Assembly: GCA_963641885.1 (NCBI GenBank)
Contig: CAVIDY010000005.1
Coordinates: forward strand, 931-64,930
Origin: Bacteroidaceae bacterium
GTDB lineage: Bacteria; Pseudomonadota; Alphaproteobacteria; RF32; CAG-239
DNA length: 64,000 nucleotides
Reading direction: 5' to 3'
Both the position numbers and the translations under genes were made by a program. Shown here one piece after another: positions 58,439 through 64,000 of this stretch. The notes below the pieces were generated by a model. That model was not told the origin of the DNA. It did no database searches and saw only the letters and a list, made by a program, of their open reading frames with translations. Position 1 is the stretch's first letter, and the number at the start of each line of letters is the position of its first letter.

Positions 58439-60748
58439 ATGGCAGAAGTTTTATTTGAAAATACTCAAGTTTTTGAGCCTAAAGATGGTTTTAGCGCTGA
58501 AGATTTACGCAAAAAATTTGCGGCTCAGGAACAATCTTTGCAAAAAGAATACGCAGTTTATACCGGAAATTATGTCAATCTTAAAAAGCTGCATGATAAT
58601 TTAGCAAATTCTTCGGCAGAAAGCTCTTTCGACTATACGGACAAAGAACTGGCAGAAAACCGTGAAGAGTTAGCCTCTAATCAAAAAGACCTGAGAGAAA
58701 AAATTGCTCAAAACAGCGCTGATATAAGACTGCTGGATAAATATGAAAACTCGTTTGCCGCATTATATCAAATTAAGCAGCAAAATGAATATATGGGCGA
58801 TGAGGCAAAATGTTCTTTTAGAGAAATTACGCAAAACAAGCTGGCAGGAATTACCGCGCAGGAACAGTATTATGAAATGAGCGCTAATCCCAAAGGCGAA
58901 GTAAGTCAATTGGCTTTGCAAGTTGAACTGCCGACTGGCGAGAAGTTTGATTTGACCATGCCGCCATATGACAAACCGGGGGCAGACGGCAAAGAAATTA
59001 AAGCGCAGATGTCTTTTGATGAAAAAGCGCTGCAGGAACTGAATGCCCAAAAATTAGCACGCATTATGGATTTTTGCGAAACTCATGGTTTGCCTTCTTT
59101 TCAAATGGACGTGCCATATTCTTATGACGGCAGCGTCAATGTTTCAGAAAAAATGAAAGAGCTGCTGGCACAGGTTAAAGAGCAAAAAACAGTAGAAAAT
59201 CAAACTACCAGCCAAAAGGAGTTTGATAATATAGCAGCACGCAAGGAAGACCTAATAAAATCGGCTCCGCAAAATGTTTCAGATGATATGCGCCGCGATT
59301 TGTCTGCTGATTTGCCTGATGATTCAAAAGTTTTTGCCGCAGAAGATGTGGATAAAGCCGGTACGAATGATTTAGAACAAGCGGCTAATCAAATTCAGCC
59401 TGCTGCACAGCAAAGTGCAGTCCAATCCGTTCAGCCAGCTAAAAAAGAAAAACCCCAAAAGACTATTGCCGACGCCGAAGCTGGATTTGAAAAATTTTTA
59501 GAAAAAGGTTTAAGCAAACAAAGAGGCTTTACATATTTTAAGGAACATACCGGTTGGTTTTGGACAGGCTGGACCGAATATATTGTTTATGACACGTCAG
59601 ACCCTGATAACCGTAAAAAAGATGGCAGAAGGGATAAAAACAATATGCCGAAATTTACCTATAACTTTAAGTTATTTGTTAAAGAAGACAAAGGCAAATT
59701 TAGTTTTGCCTATAAAACTCCAGGAAATAAAAAAGTTGATGATTCCGTCGTCAACGGTATGGTTGGACAGTTCAAAGATTTAGGTATAACTCGCATTAAC
59801 TTTCCTGATGGTCTGCCAGATGCCGAAAAGAAACTTTGGCGTATTGCTTTGGCTGAAAACGGCATTATTCCTGCAGGTATGGGTTTGGATAAAGCCAAGG
59901 CGGAAGGTATGCTGAAAGCAGCCAAAGAAAAATTAACTGCTGAAGCCTATATTAAATATCGTTATAGATTAGCCAAACAGATGGATAAAGAAAACAAAAG
60001 CAAAGGAAAAGTAATTTCTCCGTCTGAGCAGGATTATATTGACGGTATTATGAACACCCAAAAATATATGGCGTTTACCGAAGGCTATAACACCAAGCTT
60101 AAAGGTATGTTGCGCGACCGTTTGGACGCAGCCGACACCAACCATAATGATGGTGCTGTTGATAAAACTGCGTCCTACAAGGCTTTGCGCCGCTTGTTTG
60201 ACGCCTATAAAGAGTCTGTGGACAATGTCAATTTGCTGGGCAGTAAGTATCTAAGCTCCGAAGAAAAGCAAAAGCTGAAAGCCGCGGGGTTAACCGGACA
60301 GGTTAGTGAATTCAGCCCCGAGCAAATGGGTAAGCTTTACGAAATTATGTTGGTAAGAAGCACAAAAGAAGCTAAAGATGAAATCGATCAGGCAATGCTT
60401 GATGCCAAAGATTTGAAAAACCGTACATCTAAAGGTGCTAAGCGTGCCGATAATGTAATTATAAAAGAGGCGTTTGACAACGCTCGCAACCGCTTTGAAA
60501 AAGTAAACGAATTGCTGTCTCCGCTTGGAGTTGATGAAATCAGCTTTCCAAAATCTTTCGGCGGCTTATATTATGACAATTTCTATAAAGAACATCCGGA
60601 ATTTTTGCAAAGACAGCAGCCGCAGCAAGCCAATGCTCCTCAGCCGAATAAGCCTGCGCCGGTTAAATCAGCGGAAGGCGCTAATAATACTGGAATGTCA
60701 AAAGCCTTTGTTAACGCTTATACAGCCAAAAAAGGCAACACACATTAA
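58439..60748 (+). CDS. Large hypothetical protein (about 769 aa) with no signal peptide
   Basis: The start is placed at ATG 58439, behind AGAGG (the track start is 58409). Coiled-coil-like N- and C-terminal regions, a Q/A/P-rich linker and a P/Q-rich tail are present. No family was recognised. Confidence 0.65.
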   Translation: MAEVLFENTQVFEPKDGFSAEDLRKKFAAQEQSLQKEYAVYTGNYVNLKKLHDNLANSSAESSFDYTDKELAENREELASNQKDLREKIAQNSADIRLLDKYENSFAALYQIKQQNEYMGDEAKCSFREITQNKLAGITAQEQYYEMSANPKGEVSQLALQVELPTGEKFDLTMPPYDKPGADGKEIKAQMSFDEKALQELNAQKLARIMDFCETHGLPSFQMDVPYSYDGSVNVSEKMKELLAQVKEQKTVENQTTSQKEFDNIAARKEDLIKSAPQNVSDDMRRDLSADLPDDSKVFAAEDVDKAGTNDLEQAANQIQPAAQQSAVQSVQPAKKEKPQKTIADAEAGFEKFLEKGLSKQRGFTYFKEHTGWFWTGWTEYIVYDTSDPDNRKKDGRRDKNNMPKFTYNFKLFVKEDKGKFSFAYKTPGNKKVDDSVVNGMVGQFKDLGITRINFPDGLPDAEKKLWRIALAENGIIPAGMGLDKAKAEGMLKAAKEKLTAEAYIKYRYRLAKQMDKENKSKGKVISPSEQDYIDGIMNTQKYMAFTEGYNTKLKGMLRDRLDAADTNHNDGAVDKTASYKALRRLFDAYKESVDNVNLLGSKYLSSEEKQKLKAAGLTGQVSEFSPEQMGKLYEIMLVRSTKEAKDEIDQAMLDAKDLKNRTSKGAKRADNVIIKEAFDNARNRFEKVNELLSPLGVDEISFPKSFGGLYYDNFYKEHPEFLQRQQPQQANAPQPNKPAPVKSAEGANNTGMSKAFVNAYTAKKGNTH

Positions 60749-60763
60749 AAAACAAAAATCACT

Positions 60764-60796
60764 AAAAAAAGAGGTCTGAAAAGACCTCTTTTTTTA
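60764..60796. terminator. Bidirectional intrinsic terminator
   Basis: AGAGGTCT (60770-60777) pairs with AGACCTCT (60782-60789), flanked by A7 and T7 runs. Confidence 0.85.
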
Positions 60797-60815
60797 CGTT
60801 TTTCCCGATATTATA

Positions 60816-61340
60816 TTATTCGGCAGCGGCATATTGGCGAACCGATAAACCGATTTTATTCGCTTTCATATTCAAACAATATATGCAGCAGTCATCACCG
60901 GAATCGTAATATTCAGGCAATACTGCGCACAATTTGAACCCGCATTTTTCATAAAAGCGGCGTGTCGGCTCATATTGCGGTGTGCTGTCGGTTTTCACAT
61001 ATAAACGTTCGGCACCATAATTTTTTAAGGTTGAAATCAGATAATCCACAAGTTTGCGTCCGATACCCAAACCTCGATATTCGTTTAATGTTGACAGCCA
61101 ATAAAGTTCATAAGTGCCTGCTTTTGCATCAGGCAATTCTTCAAAACAAGCATATGCAACAGTTTTACCATTATATTCGGCAAACAAAAAGCGGTGCTCG
61201 CAATCTCTTTGCAAAAGTAAATGACGCGCAATATCAGCATTATGCTGCACGTCTCGATCATCAAAAAATCCTGTTGAAGAAGCAATGTGAGCTATAATTT
61301 CAGGGTCGTTTTCTCTTAAAGTATTTCTGAAACAGAGCAT
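60816..61340 (-). CDS. GNAT-family N-acetyltransferase
   Basis: The acetyl-CoA binding motif LNEYRGLGIGRKLVDYL is present, and FYEKCGF lies near the C-terminus. Confidence 0.85.
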   Translation of the reverse strand: MLCFRNTLRENDPEIIAHIASSTGFFDDRDVQHNADIARHLLLQRDCEHRFLFAEYNGKTVAYACFEELPDAKAGTYELYWLSTLNEYRGLGIGRKLVDYLISTLKNYGAERLYVKTDSTPQYEPTRRFYEKCGFKLCAVLPEYYDSGDDCCIYCLNMKANKIGLSVRQYAAAE

Positions 61341-61560
61341 AATTACACTCCTTTCAGAACAGCATGTCCCTCGTTATAAGATAAGAAAGTTGTTTCAAAT
61401 AATAAGACGAACCTGTGAGGGTCTCCGTCATTAGAACCGCATAAGGCAGCGGTCGGCGCACAATTTAACATAAAAACTCCATCGTTGTTAATCCAATGCA
61501 AAAAGGCTATTAAAACCTATCTTGCAATATAATTATAACTGCTTAAATGTATGTTTTCAA
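61341..61560 (-). promoter_or_regulatory. Promoter plus a structured leader of about 185 nt (candidate attenuator, riboswitch or upstream ORF) ahead of the GNAT gene
   Basis: On the minus strand: TTGAAA (61560-61555), a 17-nt spacer, then TATAAT (61537-61532). Hairpins lie at 61453-61435 and 61429-61406, the latter followed by TTATTATTT. A 42-codon ORF (61471..61343) ends 2 nt before the GNAT ATG. Confidence 0.5.
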
Positions 61561-61589
61561 GTAAAAAGATGAAAAAACCTCAAAAAAAC

Positions 61590-61630
61590 AAAAAAACGGA
61601 AGAATTATCAGATTTTGACAATTCCTCCGT
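61590..61630 (-). terminator. Intrinsic terminator of the 214-aa gene
   Basis: On the minus strand, ACGGAGGAATT (61630-61620) pairs with AATTCTTCCGT (61606-61596), with one G-T pair, and is followed by a T7 run. Confidence 0.85.
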
Positions 61631-61639
61631 TTTGCTGGA

Positions 61640-62284
61640 TTAGAGGCTAAAGTATTTAGCCAGTTCTTTAGGCAGGCATTCGGCAAGCATAAAGTTGCAG
61701 AAGCGACCTTTTTCATAAACATAGCACCCCAAAAGGCGTAGTTTTTCGTCATTTTCCGTGCGCGGATACAATCCCTCGAATTTGGCAAATTCGTCTTCAT
61801 TTTCATCGAGTTTATAAACCGGACGAAAACTTCTGGTTTTGCCGTTAAAATGGTGTTCCAACTCCAAACAGTGGCAGGACTTAAAGGCAAAGGTTTTGCC
61901 TGTCTCGCACAAGTCGTGGCAAACGTGGGTGTTGTCGGCATATCTTGTCAGCACCTCAAAATGCACCTGTTTTACGGCTTTGAGATGACCTTTGTTGGCA
62001 TGATCGCAAACCATTTGCAAGCCTTCAAAAGATTGTTCAAGCTTGTAAAGCCAGCGATATCCTCCCGCCATAGAAAACAAAACCGGCGTCTGTGTCAGAG
62101 ATAAATCTTTAACAAAAACTGGCTCTTCATCTTTTTCATCAGGAGACACCGCCAAATTTTGCTTATACAATTGCGCACTGACTAAACGATTGTTTGGGTA
62201 AACACCGCACAAAAAAGTTAACTTGCTGGAAAGCAGCTTTTCAGCAACCAAATTAGACTGCCGAAAATAAGGTAATTTTTTCAT
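61640..62284 (-). CDS. Hypothetical Cys/His-rich protein
   Basis: A 214-aa ORF with clustered C/H residues (VCDHANKGH, HVCHDLC, SCHCLELEHH). No family was recognised. It has its own promoter and terminator. Confidence 0.6.
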   Translation of the reverse strand: MKKLPYFRQSNLVAEKLLSSKLTFLCGVYPNNRLVSAQLYKQNLAVSPDEKDEEPVFVKDLSLTQTPVLFSMAGGYRWLYKLEQSFEGLQMVCDHANKGHLKAVKQVHFEVLTRYADNTHVCHDLCETGKTFAFKSCHCLELEHHFNGKTRSFRPVYKLDENEDEFAKFEGLYPRTENDEKLRLLGCYVYEKGRFCNFMLAECLPKELAKYFSL

Positions 62285-62337
62285 ACTTAATAATTTTTTA
62301 ATAATTAAAAGATGCCGGAATTATATCATCTTTCTTT

Positions 62338-62383
62338 AAATATGCAATATTTTTCAAATTTGACAAAAAAATATTGCATATTT
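62338..62383. promoter_or_regulatory. 17-bp perfect inverted repeat carrying mirror-image divergent promoters (candidate operator)
   Basis: AAATATGCAATATTTTT (62338-62354) and AAAAATATTGCATATTT (62367-62383) are exact reverse complements. Each arm contains TTGCAT as a -35 element: on the plus strand, 17 nt then TATAAA (62397-62402); on the minus strand, 16 nt then TATAAT (62325-62320). Confidence 0.6.
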
Positions 62384-62448
62384 GCAAAATAAGGCGTATA
62401 AATAAGATATTAAAGTATATTTATGTCTAATTTAATCTATGTATTATT

Positions 62449-63357
62449 ATGAATAAGATGTTTAAGCTTTCTCAGAACTTTAGTTTGAATGAGTTGATTG
62501 CTTCCGGCACAGCACAGGCTAATCACCTTGACAATACTCCCGATGAAAAAGGTCTGTTCAAACTGAAAAGACTTTGTACGGATATTCTGCAGCCAGTGCG
62601 CGATCACTTCAAGCAGTCAGTAAAAATCCGCTCCGGCTATCGTTCTGCTGAGGTCAATGCCTTGCTCAATGAGGCGCCTAATTCGCGCCACACCATGTGC
62701 GAAGCCGTTGACTTTAGAGTTGTTGGAGTTCATCTGGCAGATGTTTGCGCGTATATTGCAAGCAGTCTGAAGTTTGATATTTTGCAGTTGGAGTTTCCAA
62801 ACAACGACAACACGCAAAACGGCTGGGTTCATGTGGCGTATAATCCCTATGGTGAAAACCGCCGTCTGAACTTGCAGACTTTTGCCGCTCGCCGCAAGCT
62901 GATGCTTTCTCCGAATTTCAGCTTATATGAGCTGACTTATTCGCCGACAGCTGAAGCCCGCATGATTTACAACCTGCCGGACGAAGCAGGAATTGAGCGC
63001 CTGCGTCAAGTCTGCCTGAATATCCTGCAGCCAGTGCGCGACCACTTCAAAAAGCCGGTTCATGTGAATTCCGGTTATCGCTCCTTGGCTTTGAACGCTG
63101 CGGTGAAGGGGGCTAAAAGCTCTCAGCACCTCAAGTGCGAAGCTGCCGACTATGAGATTATGGGGCTTAACAACCGCGAACTAGCGCATTGGGTGGCAAA
63201 CAACTTGCAGTTTGACCAGCTTATTTTGGAGTTTCACAATAATCCGAAAGATCCAAACAGCGGCTGGGTGCACACTTCATACGTTGCCGCTCCACGCAAA
63301 AATCGCAAGCAGCAGCTTACCATAGACAGCAAGGGTACCCGCGCTGGAATTGCGTAA
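62449..63357 (+). CDS. Tandem double-domain peptidase M15 (D-Ala-D-Ala carboxypeptidase / endolysin-like), no signal peptide
   Basis: There are two homologous halves, roughly aa 5-142 and 152-290. Each has (S/P)NFSL.EL, ILQPVRDHFK, SGYRS, S(R/Q)H..CEA.D (H-x6-D) and GWVH. Confidence 0.8.
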   Translation: MNKMFKLSQNFSLNELIASGTAQANHLDNTPDEKGLFKLKRLCTDILQPVRDHFKQSVKIRSGYRSAEVNALLNEAPNSRHTMCEAVDFRVVGVHLADVCAYIASSLKFDILQLEFPNNDNTQNGWVHVAYNPYGENRRLNLQTFAARRKLMLSPNFSLYELTYSPTAEARMIYNLPDEAGIERLRQVCLNILQPVRDHFKKPVHVNSGYRSLALNAAVKGAKSSQHLKCEAADYEIMGLNNRELAHWVANNLQFDQLILEFHNNPKDPNSGWVHTSYVAAPRKNRKQQLTIDSKGTRAGIA

Positions 63358-63365
63358 GTATAAAA

Positions 63366-63406
63366 AAAGAATCTACCGACCAAAAATCGGCGGGTTCTTT
63401 TTTTTA
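63366..63406 (+). terminator. Probable intrinsic terminator
   Basis: An imperfect stem pairs AAGAATCTACCGA with TCGGCGGGTTCTT and is followed by a T8 run. Confidence 0.6.
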
Positions 63407-63512
63407 TGCCGCTGTATAAAGCAAAAAACGGAGCAGGGGCTTGACTTTGTTTTTTAATATGTTATTACATTGCTGTTTTAATAATAATTTTTCAAATTTT
63501 TAATTTATTTTT

Positions 63513-63983
63513 ATGAAAAAACTCATTTTTTGCTTTATAGCAATTATGTTGGGTCTCACGTTTACTTCGTGCTCCCATCAGAGTTTTAAGGGCTGTATTT
63601 CTTCAATAGAAGAAGACAACCTTTGGAAGGAATTGCTGACAGCACAAATTGTAAAAAGCGCAGTAGATAACGAAGATTCCGCTTTTTACACTACCGAAGA
63701 AGATGAAAATGGACATCTTCGTTCAGTTCAGGTTATCGCCGCTAACAAAATCACCGGTGCAAAGTATGTTAATACATCAACGAAAGTTTCTGTTGGTGAT
63801 TTTATTATGCTTTGGGAAAAAGGGTCATCTGTTTATTTAGTAAAATGCGATGAGACTTTGCCTTTCCAAACCAGAATCGATGAGGCTCGCAAGTGGTGCG
63901 CGCAAAATTTGGAAGTCTGTAAGATTGCCGATGACAATGATTTAGCCTCCGGCTATTATCCGCGGTTAATCCGACTTAATTAA
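63513..63983 (+). CDS. Hypothetical lipoprotein
   Basis: MKKLIFCFIAIMLGLTFTSC is a signal peptide with a lipobox. No family was recognised. Confidence 0.6.
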   Translation: MKKLIFCFIAIMLGLTFTSCSHQSFKGCISSIEEDNLWKELLTAQIVKSAVDNEDSAFYTTEEDENGHLRSVQVIAANKITGAKYVNTSTKVSVGDFIMLWEKGSSVYLVKCDETLPFQTRIDEARKWCAQNLEVCKIADDNDLASGYYPRLIRLN

Positions 63984-64000
63984 CTTAAAAAAGAAAACCG

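Noticed and set aside
1-64000. CRISPR arrays, rRNA or tRNA genes, integrases, transposases, reverse transcriptases, or recognisable defence systems (restriction-modification, CBASS, Abi, classical toxin-antitoxin pairs).
   Set aside because: None could be recognised on either strand by reading the ORF translations and the intergenic regions. The orphan genes therefore cannot be tied to a defined mobile element or to a known defence architecture.

Overview
This 64-kb chromosomal window comes from a moderately AT-rich Gram-negative bacterium, most likely an alphaproteobacterium. The taxon call is an inference from an alpha-type SOS box (GAAC-N7-GAAC) in front of dinB, a long proteobacterial-type RpoD, hfq-hflX and Lon, together with outer-membrane and LPS genes (kdsA, pagP, mlaA, mlaC, an asmA-like gene, OmpA-like genes). 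Most of the window is tightly packed housekeeping DNA. This includes the tuf 3' end, ffh-rpsP-rimM-trmD-rplS, a MerR-type regulator paired with a flavodoxin, gpsA, dinB, a cdd-punA-deoA nucleoside salvage operon, galU and gyrA. It also includes lon, a UDG, dsbD, rmuC-murG-cobB, recJ-DUF502-pagP-kdsA-recO-parC, rpoD, glyQS, tadA, a pseudouridine synthase and rsmD. Between these blocks sit small orphan genes, each with its own near-consensus sigma70 promoter and hairpin terminator. I recognised no rRNA, tRNA, CRISPR array, integrase, transposase or reverse transcriptase. I could not demonstrate a complete novel multi-gene system. The observations most worth follow-up are: (1) the asmA-like gene is broken by two separate out-of-frame tandem duplications of 22 bp and 53 bp; (2) an 888-nt non-coding gap after tuf holds a roughly 210-bp element closed by a 30-bp inverted repeat and an orphan minus-strand promoter-terminator unit with no sizeable ORF; (3) a long leader with a consensus promoter, a terminator-like hairpin and a 42-codon upstream ORF precedes a GNAT gene; (4) a type IV pilin-like gene is frameshifted in an A6 run; (5) a tandem-domain M15 peptidase without a signal peptide lies next to a lipoprotein, behind a 17-bp perfect palindrome that carries mirror-image divergent promoters; (6) an L,D-transpeptidase has Tyr in place of the catalytic Cys. 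All homology calls come from reading the translations against remembered family motifs, because no database search was possible.
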